Positions 13,533 through 25,413 of a stretch of 64,000 nucleotides of DNA are shown here, in pieces. This DNA comes from Magallana gigas. Its lineage: Eukaryota. Position numbers and translations under genes: made by a program. Below the pieces are notes generated by a model. It was given only the letters and a program-made list of their open reading frames with translations, searched no databases and had not been told where the DNA came from. Within the stretch, counting starts at the first letter, position 1, and the number at the start of each line of letters is the position of its first letter. The stretch is from positions 20,150,001 through 20,214,000 of the forward strand of contig NC_088855.1 of NCBI RefSeq assembly GCF_963853765.1, written 5' to 3'.

Positions 13533-13565
<33 letters not shown>

Positions 13566-13683
13566 TTAAAATACTTCAGAAAAGACAAATCAGAAAAAAA
13601 CCCAATCATTATGGTGATAATTTTCATAAAAGTATATCATTAATGGTTATATATTTCTTCAGTATATTGAAGCCCATATTTAA

Positions 13684-14533
13684 AGCTGACATGAATTCAT
13701 AAATACGCATTATTTCCCTTTTATCTCCGACTACCGCCATATTAGTTGTCGATTTCTATTGTTCTGTTCATCGCTACATCACCCTATATAAGGCCGAGAA
13801 TACTATTCATGCTTCACCGCATTCAGGAATTTCATACACCCGAACACGTTACCTTGGACGAAAAGACGCATGATGATAAGAAAAGCGTTTTGAAGAAAAA
13901 TAATATGACAACCACTGCACTGGCAAGATATGTCCAATACGACGAAACAAGACAGGCTGAAATCCAGGCGCAGATACTTCAAATTTCCTCGATAATTGTA
14001 GACCGTTTTCCTGTGTATGTTATAACATCGCACATGCGCAAACCACACACTGTTGCAGATCGAGCAATGTCAATTATCGAATGGATTTTATAAACGGGGA
14101 GTTTTTTGTAGGAACGGATGGAAACGTTGTTACTCTCTTGGATTTACTATCATTCAGCTACTGTGTTGGAAGTAGTGTCGTCGGGGTTTTCAAGAAGATG
14201 CAGACGTTATGCACTCTGTATGAACGACACACGTGTTCGATGTGCATGCGAAATAAGTCAGCACAGTCTGTGCAAAATAATACGGATACCTTGGACATCC
14301 TTTCAAAGAATAAATATATTTTGTATTTCATTGATTGTTGTTTCCTTTATTCTTTGTTACTACATTTTACTACAATGTGTAGTTCATGCATTTAGAAGTC
14401 CGTGCAACGTGAATGCCTCGATCGGAAAGCAACCGACCCTTACTTTCTCAACCGGTATATATGCCCCAGTGGCAGTAGAGGAGCGATTGAAAATAATATG
14501 GCGACCAAATGCTTTTATGAATTCATGTCAGCT
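13684..14533. mobile_element. TTAA-flanked non-autonomous DNA transposon (Kolobok-like, AG...CT termini)
   Basis: TTAA|AGCTGACATGAATTCATAAA at 13680 and its exact reverse complement ending in |TTAA at 14534-14537. TTAA target sites with purine-purine termini are the Kolobok signature. Confidence 0.7.
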
Positions 14534-14537
14534 TTAA

Positions 14538-15001
14538 GGCAGTCCATGCATCTTTGCGATTTTAAGGGTTAATTAAATAAAAGAGATTCATTTTTTATTT
14601 TTTGTAAAAAATGTTGCCTATTAACAAATTTATCACATCTTGAATTTATCATTGAAGTCTATGGAAAAATTGCATTTCTATATATATTTTTATAGTGCAA
14701 CTAATTTTCTAACAAAGCTCAGTAAATAGTTGCAAAAGCTTTCCCTTTCTTTGAAAATGCCAAAAAAAATCATAATTTACCGTACCTATTTTTGGACATC
14801 GATTTTTTCATTAATTTTGCGAGGGGCAGACAACTCTTTAAAATAGTTCCAAGTACAAAAAGTTTATTTAATTGACTACACACATATTCCCAAGTTTGGT
14901 TTATGTCAGCCTCAAATTAATTTCAAAATACGTATTTAATGTACAATGTAGTCAATATCAATCAAAATTATAAAATTCACCTCGGTTATGGATGGACTAC
15001 C
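14538..15001. mobile_element. Second TTAA-flanked MITE (GG...CC termini)
   Basis: TTAA|GGCAGTCCATG at 14534 and GATGGACTACC|TTAA at 14991-15005. Confidence 0.6.
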
Positions 15002-15580
15002 TTAAATGCTTAATTTGAAAATTTGTAAATTATAGAAAAGGATTGGAAAAAAGATCTTTCAACTTATATGTTCCTCTCCTAGTAATAAAATGTACAACAT
15101 ATACAATTGTCATAGTGTTATTACATGTTACTTTTAGCTATTGATTTTATAATAATTTTATTCATAAATGTGCATTTTCAAAACGATTGTGAATATATGG
15201 TAAATAATGTTAATATACTGTATGAAATACCAATAACAAAAATAAAATTAATTATAAAATCTTCCACACTATTTAATAAAGTTTTTTACTGCTGAAAAAA
15301 ATAAAACCGTTTGTATTTTGACACAAATTGTCACTACCCTTCAAATAAGTAAATATGTGTTAAGTGAAATTGTTTCCTTAAGCATATCAAAAGTAATTAA
15401 AACAGAATGTTTCTTGCATTAACAATGTATCCTTGTAACGAATTTGTTTACAGAATAATAAACAGTTTGCAAAAAATTGGTACATGTATTTAACTTTTGA
15501 ATTCAAATACATTGGTATAAAGTTGCAGTGTAATCTTATTTTGTTGATCCTTTGTCACATTGCTTGATCTTTTATTGACG

Positions 15581-15850
15581 TTAAAGGGTATGGTCACGAT
15601 TATGGTCAAAATTAATTTGTCCCTTTTTTATGTTTACAATGTTTTAGTAAGGCATTTGTAAAAGTCAAACAATATTTGAGTATCAGTCTTAAAGTTATAA
15701 ACGACATGCAGAGCTCACTACTCTGTTAAGTTTTTTTGTTCACATTTTGATGCTGAAAAAAGAAATTCCAGGTTTAGACCTAATATGAATGTAACAAACG
15801 CTAGAATCTATTTATCTAGGTTCAAAACCATTTAGTCGATAGAAAATTCA
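15581..15850. mobile_element. Truncated TTAA-type MITE
   Basis: Starts TTAAAGGGTATGGTCACGATT and shares the GCAGAGCTCAC motif with the 11730-12300 remnant. No matching right end was found. Confidence 0.35.
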
Positions 15851-17414
15851 GCTTAAAAAAGAAGTTTTACCGGTATATTGAGCCAATGTAAACAAAGACA
15901 TAGTGTGAGTCTTGTTTACATAACAAAGACGACCAACACTCAAATTTAAGTTGATCATAAGAAATACATCACCAAAGCACACACAAAAAAAATGCTTAAA
16001 CATTGGGATAAACATCACTTTAAAGAACAAGATCATGAAGATTTCTTTAAACAATGCTTGTAGACGCCACGAGCAGAAGAGATATAAATACAGTACATAA
16101 AAGCCATTTATCTAATAAACTAATTGAATTGCCAAGTTATCAATTATTTCATTATGTAAATCAATTCGAAATTTAAAAAAACAAAACACATGACAATGTT
16201 GACAAATTCGGCAATTCGATCATATTCACTGAATTTTAGTAAATTTAGTAAAATCCCTGTTCTTTCTTGGGGGTTTCAAATTGACTTTCGATTTTTGTAA
16301 AATAGTTCTTAAATGTTTCTTCCTCCATACAAGCAGTCATTTTTTTTTTTTATCAATTAAAGATAATATTTTAACGGAAATGATTTATACAAACGAAAGG
16401 CTGATATTATAAAGGAGTTTGGAATTTTGAAGTATTACACATAATCAACATCTAATGCAAAAAGTGTTACAAAATCTGGAAATGTTCTGTCTTATTTTCG
16501 GGTCCATGATTCACAGGGAGTGTTAAAAGACTATCCCTCCTTTTCTTTCGATTTCTTCCGATACTTCCTTAATTAAACACAGCCGACGTTGTAACTTTAG
16601 AACTACTGAAGATTATTTTGAAATGTTCCCTTAAAATAGATGTGGTTTTGTTTTATTTGTCCTTCAAATCGTGAAATTGATGTTCAAAAGTTGCTCAATG
16701 TGGAATCTTTGATTCAATCAAGGACTTGTGCTAAATTCATTTTTTAAATGTTCATTGTGGTCTGTTTTTCTTGTATTTTATCCCTCCATTCACAAAACAC
16801 TCAAAAGTATTATATGTAATAAATGTACAAATAAAAGATTTGCAAGTGATACGAAAGCAAAATTTCTAATCTTTCATATGCAATTGTACTTATTATAAAT
16901 CTTCTCGAAGGTATAAACACATTGCATTGACATATTGTTGGATAGCTGCTCGAAGTATTTCGCAAAAACAACTATAGAAAATTATGTCATTCAGTTTAAA
17001 ATATCATTGCCAAAAGAAACATAAACAATGAATACAGTCTGGTGCAAAATTTAACTGCATTGTATTGTTAAACAATTTCAATGCCAAATTTACTGGGTAA
17101 AATACGGAAAAAAAACTTTCAATGCAATGAGTGCACTTTTACATTGTACAAGTAAGTCTTGTGATCTATAATACATGTACATGCATCCTAAGCTGAAACA
17201 ATGCTGACTCTCGTATGCATCGTTGTCGAAACACATAGCACTGTTGGCTAATTTCCCTACCATTATTCATCAATGTTTAAAGCCTAATCATACATGGTCA
17301 AAGGATGTAGGCTCACTCTCTGTGCACTGATTGTCATGTACCTTCCATGTCAAATTTAACAGTTTTCCTGCTTGTCAGAGGCGACCACATTTGGGAAAGT
17401 CATCCGCTTGATAT

Positions 17415-17485
17415 TATATAAGGAAACCGTGTCTGGAAGCTTTCACGAGAATTTTATCTTCCGTCAAAATCATCCAAAACTAAAG
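17415..17485 (+). promoter_or_regulatory. SP3 TATA box and non-coding exon 1
   Basis: TATATAAG at 17415; donor AAAG|GTGAG at 17486; same spacing as SP2, SP5 and SP6. Confidence 0.6.
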
Positions 17486-17876
17486 GTGAGAATATTCAAA
17501 GGAAAAAAAAGTTATATCGTTTGTAATTATTTTAAATCTGCATAAATAAAATACTTATCTTTTGAAAGAATTATATTAGTTGCAAAGGTTTAATTAAAAT
17601 GAAGTTTGCGTATTTAATTGTACACTGTCGAGTTCAATGTTTTATACCTTTATTAAAACTATTATTGATATTGTTAACTCTCTATGTTAATAGTCAATTT
17701 ATTTTCTTTTCCCTTCTACGCATGTCAAAACGGTTATGAATTTTTAAATATTTTCTCAAAGCTGTAAATTCAGTTGATAGAATTAAGAAAGTTGTCACTG
17801 TTTTAGCTTTTAAATAATCAGTTTTTGTGTATGAAACAATGAAATTACCAATCGTTGCTATTCCTCCTCGTTTCAG

Positions 17877-19269
17877 ATGTCACCTTTCATGTCCCTTGTC
17901 GCACTGTTGTCTGTTGTGGTTACCCTGACCTTTGTCCAAGGTACGTGATTTGATGCTATTGCAATTTTCTTAACATACTAGTATATTCAATTAGTTTGAT
18001 ATGACAGTAGGACCGAAGAAATACCTCAAAATTAGTTGGTAAAATATAATTTCAAATTTTTTAAATGTTCTTAGTAACAGATGTATGCATGATTAGTTGA
18101 AGCAAAGGCAAATTGAAAAATGACACATCTTTATATTCTGAACTTTCTGAATCAATTTCTAGTTCTATATGTAGAATCATCACCTCTTGTATTTGGAACA
18201 ATTTGAGATAAATATTTTTGGACACAGTTATTGTGAATCTTATACATTGTTGTAAGTTTGTATATTTTTTTCCTATCAAAAAGAGTATCCCAGTCAGTTT
18301 CCAAATAAAGAGAGGTTTTTGAGGCAATGTTAGGTAAACTTGTTACAATAAGGGCAGTAAATAAATAATATTCTTTGCAATTGATAAAGAATCTACAGAA
18401 AACAAATAAATAGGTCATTCTGCACAAGCTTGCTTTAGTGGAAAGCTATGTCTTCTATGATATCCAATTTTCTTTTATTGGTGAAAAACAAATGAAATTC
18501 TTAGTTCACGTCAAAAATCATAAAAAATAAACAAACTCTGACACAAAAGTGTCGTTATTATCTTATTTACCACCTAAACGAATTCTCATTACATCTAGAA
18601 TTGGGTTTGAGTTTTATCGTACCTTCGAAATTAATGAACTTATTTCGATGATTACAACAGGCGCCATGGGATTTCCATATGTAAATAACGGTATGGGCAA
18701 TATGGGCATGTTGGTGATTCCTGTCGGGCGTGCAGAGGAGCCAATGAGCCCCATGATGATTGTACCAGTCATGCTGGGAAATCAGGGATCCATGATGGCT
18801 AAGACCATGATGAACATGATGCCCAAACCCATGATGCCAATGATGCCAAACTACCCCATGCCTCAGCGCATGATGATGCCCTCCGCCGCACCTGCAATGG
18901 AGAAACCAGAAATCAAAACAGATGCAGGTATTGGGCGTTTTTTTTTTTAATTTTTAATGAATAAAACACACTTTAGTGTACAATACTTTGTTATCAAGAG
19001 ATTTTGAAAACATTACAAAATAATCAGCTATCACGAAATAATTTAACAGCAAATATCTCTGAAACTATTATGGCCAAATATGGTCTCTTAATAATTTTCA
19101 ATTTGATAAAAAAAAAAAATAGGGTTTTTTTGTATTTTTGTTAATTTGTAAATTTTTTTTTAACAATAAAAATGTCTTTAAAAGATTGAGTAGATTAATC
19201 ATAAACAGTTGACTAACGTTTGTCTTCATTTCTTCTTTATTAGCTGGTAGACAGACCCTGGAGTTTTAA
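17877..19269 (+). CDS. SP3: secreted Met/Pro-rich protein, 118 aa
   Basis: Exons 17877-17940 (MSPFMSLVALLSVVVTLTFVQG), 18661-18927 (…MMNMMPKPMMPMMPNYPMPQRMMMP…) and 19244-19269 (AGRQTLEF*). Phase-1 GT-AG introns; ATG directly after the acceptor; AATAAA at 19381. Confidence 0.8.
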
Positions 19270-20322
19270 GCGTGAATTTGTTCTCCTACGTCATATTCGG
19301 ATTAAACTAATTACCGGAAATAACTTTAAAATGTTTATTTATCCCAAACTAAAGTCTGTGATACTTTACGAAAAATCTAGAATAAACGTTTTTATCTTCT
19401 TACCTGATTTTCTGGTGAATGTGTTCTATAGAAAGCATTTTGTGGTTTGTTAGAAAAAATTTAAGGTTCATTTGCACGATATCCGGCAAAAGGAACCTGT
19501 TATATAGGCAATGTAAGGTTTGAGCAAACCAGTGTCAAAATGCTTAAATTGATTCTTAATACCGCCTTATTAATAAAATAATTAAAAAGATACTAAGAAA
19601 AACTTAAAACTAAAAAATATGTAAACTTATTACAAAGTTGTCTTCCCATAAGTATTTAAACATTATTTAAGGATAAAAAGTGGTCATAATACAAATTTAT
19701 TTTCAACAACAATAGGAAGACAATATGAATACAATTCAAATGATAAGTAAGACCTAAAATCCTGGATTTAATATTGTTCTCTAAAGTTGCACAATATTCG
19801 CCTTCTCATGGACAATGCGAGCTTTGAAAATAACTGGCCGGAAACAGGTTGTTTTACAACAATTGGCGTCGATAAACGGCGTGTTTTTAGTACGTTGACG
19901 TGTTATAGGACACACGAAAAGAGTAAAACTAACGCATTTCCTATACCAAATTATCGTGTTAACATCTAAAAGACATAAAATGGAAGAGCGGGCGTCCTGT
20001 GTCCTCATCATTGGTACACGTGTATTCATTAGAGCTACAAGCCAAAATTGCGCAGCAGTTGCATGCAACACAATTTGTCACACGAAACAAAAAGTTTGTC
20101 AAACAAGAGAACTTGTGTTTGTGTGTCAAGGGTTTCAAACTGAATCATGTGGTGTTTAATAATTTTCTACGTTTCAGTGTTTATAAAAAAAAACAACTTT
20201 AAAAATGATTCAGAATGTCGTCATTTTTTTGTTATTCACAAACAGTACAAAAAAATTTACACGCTAATGATTTTAAAAACACGTATAAAATAAAGATAAT
20301 TAATTTTTAAAAAATGAAACAG

Positions 20323-21022
20323 TCAATAAATATGTATTCCAAGGCGATCATTCAGCATTAGATCTCCGACAGTAAGCAGATTTGATGGACGCCTGCGAGG
20401 CCCTACAATGGGACTTAATGGGCTCATATTCCAGTGACGAGAACTCTGCTTATACTGTCTCCCAGATGTTATTTTCCAGTATTTACTTGGTGACAATGGC
20501 GATGCTCCTAACCTCAGTCTTTGACCAGGGAAACTGGAGAGAGGTCTGTACATTCTGGTATCCATTGAAAACGGAGAAATTTCACTTCTAACAGCTATAC
20601 CTGAAAAAAAATGTTACATAAAGAAAGGGTGATTGTACTATACGGGTTCAAGTTTGCTTTGGCTCATTGGAGGATGACCGATTACGTCACGTGACCTTTC
20701 AGTGACAACTCAGGACAACGCTCCGATGACCTGTTGACGATCAATGACTGTCATGACAACCGTGTCACTAAGTTTTAAAGTGCCAATCAAGGGGCCAACG
20801 AACTTTTACGTCCGATGCCATTTTTAAGGGGGGTTAAGGAAAAATCATAAAATCAGTACTATTAAAGGTGTCAATGGCTTTAAATTTCGAATGGACATGT
20901 TGCAAATATCGTACGAAGGATTGGATGGTATATTTCTTTTAAGAACGCCTACCTGAAATAAGGGATATCAAGCAGACAGCTAGTATTGTCAGAATCCTCA
21001 CTATGTCTAGTTTTGTTGACAT
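20323..21022 (-). CDS. SP4: small secreted basic Ser/Pro/Arg-rich orphan protein, 115 aa
   Basis: Signal-peptide exon 21022-20953 (MSTKLDIVRILTILAVCLISLISG, donor G|GTAGGC) splices in phase 1 to the acceptor TTTTTTTCAG|GT at 20600. The frame is open to TGA at 20323 (ends GIHIY). Candidate non-coding exon donor GTAAGA at 21115. Confidence 0.65.
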
Positions 21023-21866
21023 GGTTTATGATATCAAACATCTACAAATGAATATTGCAAAATTATTCATTAATTGTTATCATAAAATAAAGGAAGATAT
21101 TCGTTAGTTTCTTACTTAGAATAAGTAATCTTGTCATATCATATAAAATATAATGTACAATTTTGAACATGACAGACTCTTTAAAATTGACCCTTCCTAA
21201 CATCGTCGAGATTTCGATAAGGATACCAGTAATGTAAATATATGCATTTCCTGAGATATATATGTATACATGCATTTTCTTTAATTCATTGACACAATCA
21301 TCGTGAACAAAAATGAATTTTAAATCTAATTATTTTGTCTAAATCTATTCAAGAGAAAAACATAAAAAAATATTTTAATTCATGCAGTTCAATTCTCAAT
21401 TTTACTTGAAATAGTTTAAGGAACACAGGTCTGCTTTATGGAAAAACGATGTAGAATTTTAACATTAAATGAGTTTTAGAACCTACCTGTTAATTCTTAT
21501 TCTACACAGGTAATAAAACATTTTAATCGTTCACCTTTTATATAAAACAAACAAACAAATAAATTAATGATAGATGAAGAATTAATTGACATCGTTAGGC
21601 ATGATATATACACTTTTTATTTCTTCGACAAAAAAAAAAACTTCGAATTTTTTTTCTTGCAATAAAATTTCTTCATCATTAGGTTTAATGTCCGCTCATT
21701 TGTCATTGACACAAAAATGAAGCATGAAAGACAATGTTGGAAGCAGGACGGTTGTTTATAAAATTCATAACATTGTTCTTTGAAATCAACAGGATTTGTG
21801 AGGTTTTTGACTCAAAACTACGCAATCTGTGTATATTTCACTTGAAACTTGCGACATTTTAACATT

Positions 21867-22161
21867 TTTACATTATCCAGTGTCTTTGCCTGTGATATAA
21901 GTACGTATCGATTTCGAAATATATAACCTATAACTTCAAATGACGCCAAATTGAAGCGCCAGCGGGGTTTGCTTATTAATATATAAATATTTAATCCTAC
22001 GATGGTTTAGAATTATATAAATATGAGTAATAAGGAATCATTTTGAATATTATGAGGTGATAATTTCGGTCAAATCTATCATAAAGCCGTTATTGGATTT
22101 GATCACGCCCCGACCAAAATTATCACCTCATATTACTCAAAGAATGAATCCTTATTCCTTA
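21867..22161 (+). mobile_element. Palindromic MITE-like repeat, copy A
   Basis: Self-complementary core ATAAGGAATCA...ATTATGAGGTGATAATTT...AAATTATCACCTCATA...TCCTTATT plus a ~160-bp flank. A reverse-oriented copy lies at 42070-42385. Confidence 0.7.
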
Positions 22162-23931
22162 TTTGTTGACGCAAGAAAAGGATAGTTTCATCCTACCAAA
22201 AGTCCAAGGTCTTATTAAAATGGTCCTATGTCGTTTCACCATCCATCGGACACCCTTTGATTTTTCTCTTTGATAACGCATCAATTTTAGTCCTAATATA
22301 AATAAAACTTGTTGTAAAAGTTACAGGTTTTTCCCTTTCATGAGTATTGGAGAAAGATAGTGAAAATGAATAAAGCAAATTAATGAAGTGTTGAACTACT
22401 GGTATTTCAACATGGATCGGGCAATACTATCGGACAGCTATACAGTAGAGATTAAAAATAACAAAATTTTCTGGCTTTAATGTGAAAATACAGAGGTTCG
22501 GGAAAAGAAATCTAATCAATATTGCTATTCAGATTTATTTTATTTTAAATCCTCGACATATACAGTCAGGAATTAAGACTATACTTCTTCTGTTTAAAGG
22601 AATATTTATAATGAGGTGTTTTATCGTGCCAGCGCCTATATGAACGTTGGATTAAAAAGGCAGTATCCATAAAATTCGAATTTTGAATGTTTGTATCAAC
22701 TATTTCTTAATTTTATATTTTACTATAGCCTACATTTAAAGTATATCACAAGGAATTGCTACCTAACATATTAATTATTAAAGAAGAAAAAAATCATGCA
22801 TTGAAAACTGTCCCGTGCATGGTTAATTTGTGTCCGATCCATGGTGAAATGAATATATGGAGCAAAAATGACCTTGACATCAAAACTTACTTCTTTCTAA
22901 TTTTTTAGGTAGAGGGTGCATTTTCACTAATGCACAACATTCAAATAGATCTAATGCTTTTGTGTAAAATCTTTGTTACTAAATTTTCAATGATGGTGTA
23001 TTTGACCCCATTTTACGATGCCTATTATATATACATGTAAATGTTATTTCTTTGACAACGTGACTGTCAAATTGTTAATAATGATAAAATTCATTAGTTC
23101 TAATTCATGGATATACGAAACAACACATGAGCGCATGCAGATTTTTATTTTGTATATTTTTAACCAAAGTTGTTCGATCTAAGGTATGTGTCCGATACAT
23201 GGTTAACATACTCTATATCCTACCGAAAGTGCAAGGTCTTGTTAAAATGGAAATTGTGCGGTTTTGAAAAAAAAACATTTTCACGGCCTCCTTGTCCCAA
23301 AATTATAAACACTGAGCTTTAGCAGAACTTTAATATATTTTTTAATGAAAAGATCCGTTGACAATGATTTATTTTGAAAAATTCCTGTAAGTTAAATTAT
23401 AACTACTACAAATAAACAATCAATTAACATAGCTATTAACATAGCTATGTATCATCCATATGCCTGAATAATAAATACCCATCCCCCAAAAATGAACTTT
23501 ATATATATATATTTACATTCTACTGTGTTTTTCCATTAATTTCCGTGACGTTTATATGCCTCTAAATGCAACACCTATTCACTGCGTATGAATTTACAAA
23601 TAATTTACATAAGTAGTTCTCAAACAGTGATTTCTACGTTATCGGTTAAAAATGTATTTCATAAATGTTGTCAAAACACCATGCATGTTTTATAATTATT
23701 CAACAAAACAGTTGACTTTATTGTTAAAAGCAACATTTCAGTAGTAATTTTTCATGGATTATATTTTCATGCTCGTCGAACTTATCTCAACAGTCTCTGT
23801 GATAACCAGTTTAAACCGGTTTTACAAATCAGCTGTTCTTGCTGTTACTAATTTACTCCCTCTGTGATCTGCACTTTATATCGATTTATTTAAGTAAACA
23901 ATTGATTTCTTCAGTAAGGAACGTAAATATA

Positions 23932-24088
23932 AGCATTAAATGATTCATTTTTGACGTCGTCGTGTCAATAACTGCCGTCAGGTGAGCAGACAAATTATCA
24001 TAACGCGCTAACGCGCGTTATTCAATTTGTCTGCTCACCTGACGGCAGTTATTGACACGACGACGTCAAAAATAAATCATTCAATGCT
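23932..24088. repeat. Near-perfect 157-bp inverted repeat (hairpin)
   Basis: AGCATTAAATGATTCATTTTTGACGTCGTCGTGTCAATAACTGCCGTCAGGTGAGCAGACAAATT and its reverse complement surround an inner ATAACGCGC/GCGCGTTAT stem. Confidence 0.9.
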
Positions 24089-24558
24089 ATAATAAAGTAA
24101 GTTAATCCAAAGTAAACTTTATAGTCATTTTTAGGTAAATCACTTTCATTGAACAGTTATGGTACCCTTTATTTATGTCCATTTTGAGAAGTGAGTTATC
24201 AAGATCAATTCGATCATGCTTTTAAGAATTAAGACTGCTGCGAATAACACCTTGGTTTAAATCAAAACATGAATGTCACGGAATAAGAACATGTTGTTGT
24301 TTTCATTTCATCCATATGTAAACGTAATTGCTTCTAATAGTGGTTATAAATCGCAGTACTATTCGCCTTATGATAAGACTGAACAACTACAGGGTTCAAA
24401 ATGAAGAGACATTAAACATTGCAGGGGTATTATGTAATTGCCTTATATATATGGATGATAAGATACTGCTATCAAAGATAATGCATTTCCACATGCAGTG
24501 TGTATTTCTGCGTAGTAAAAGGTTATCATTTCTTGGTCTCTATACCTTCTTGAAAGCA

Positions 24559-25413
24559 ATGGAGCTGACAACGGTCTTTCTGTTGTGGGTTCTTCTCTTG
24601 GATAAAACTGCGTTCAATAGAGCAGATTTTCAGAAGAATGCTGAAGATATTAAGTCAGAGGGAGAGATAAAAGAATATTCTGAGGCGATTATACAGAAAG
24701 TTTTAGAGGAATTTAACGTTTTGAGGGAGGAAATTGCATCGATGCGCGATACCCAACATTTGATGCAAAATGAACTCGTTGTGTTTAAAGAAAAGCTGAG
24801 TGTGAGCCTTGAACAGGGGAAGAAAATGGAACAAGATAACTTGAAGCTTCGACTTGAGAACGAAAATCTTATTAAACAGATAGAAAATATAACCTTAGAT
24901 AAAAATAGTCCAAACGAGCGCTTGAGGCATGTCGAGATGATGACCAAACGCAGTACGTTGAGTTCTTCTGCTGGACCGTCAACTACTTCCCCTGTAGCAT
25001 TTTATGCCGTGATGAATGGCAACGACATAGCCAATATCCACAACAGTCAAGTCTTGGTGTATGATAACATCCATGTCAATTCTCTAAATGCTTATAACAA
25101 ACACAACGGAAAGTTTACAGCTCCTGTAAAAGGAATATACGTTTTCTTTGCTAATGTTCTCACATTTCTAGGAAAGAAGCTGGAAGCATTAATTGTACGG
25201 AATGGCGTAAACTTCTGTAACATTTATGCTGGCGACGGAACGGGATACGGGTCTGGTTCCAATATGGCTGTGGTCGCTTTAGAAGTGGGTGATGTGGTGT
25301 GGGTCAAAGTTCACGTTCACGACCCTGGCGTTCATTTGGACGGTCCGTGGACATCGTTTTCGGGTTTTCTTCTTTATGATACATCTGAACACTGGATTCA
25401 TGTAGAACCATAA
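24559..25413 (+). CDS. Secreted coiled-coil + globular C1q domain protein (C1qDC), 284 aa, CDS uninterrupted
   Basis: Hydrophobic N-terminus (MELTTVFLLWVLLL), heptad-rich E/K/L segment, and gC1q motifs VAFYA, AY...GKFTAPVKGIYVFF, GSNMAVVALEVGDVVWV, SFSGFLL. Confidence 0.9.
   Translation: MELTTVFLLWVLLLDKTAFNRADFQKNAEDIKSEGEIKEYSEAIIQKVLEEFNVLREEIASMRDTQHLMQNELVVFKEKLSVSLEQGKKMEQDNLKLRLENENLIKQIENITLDKNSPNERLRHVEMMTKRSTLSSSAGPSTTSPVAFYAVMNGNDIANIHNSQVLVYDNIHVNSLNAYNKHNGKFTAPVKGIYVFFANVLTFLGKKLEALIVRNGVNFCNIYAGDGTGYGSGSNMAVVALEVGDVVWVKVHVHDPGVHLDGPWTSFSGFLLYDTSEHWIHVEP

Larger units (their letters stand above)
9167..13564 (-). mobile_element. Helentron/HINE-type non-autonomous element ends (GCTCACCTGAGC family) enclosing nested insertions
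   Basis: AACAAGAGGCCCATGGGGCCACGTCGCTCACCTGAGC at 9167 and the GACAGACGG microsatellite plus GCTCACTTGAGCTTTCAGCTCAGGTGAGCT end at ~13490-13564. The same two ends occur on single elements at 29897-31380 and 45708-45904. Whether these two ends belong to one copy is inferred. Confidence 0.6.

Noticed and set aside
24328-24558. N-terminal extension of the C1q ORF in the ORF track
   Set aside because: Non-ATG start and non-protein-like composition. The signal-peptide-like segment begins at Met 24559.
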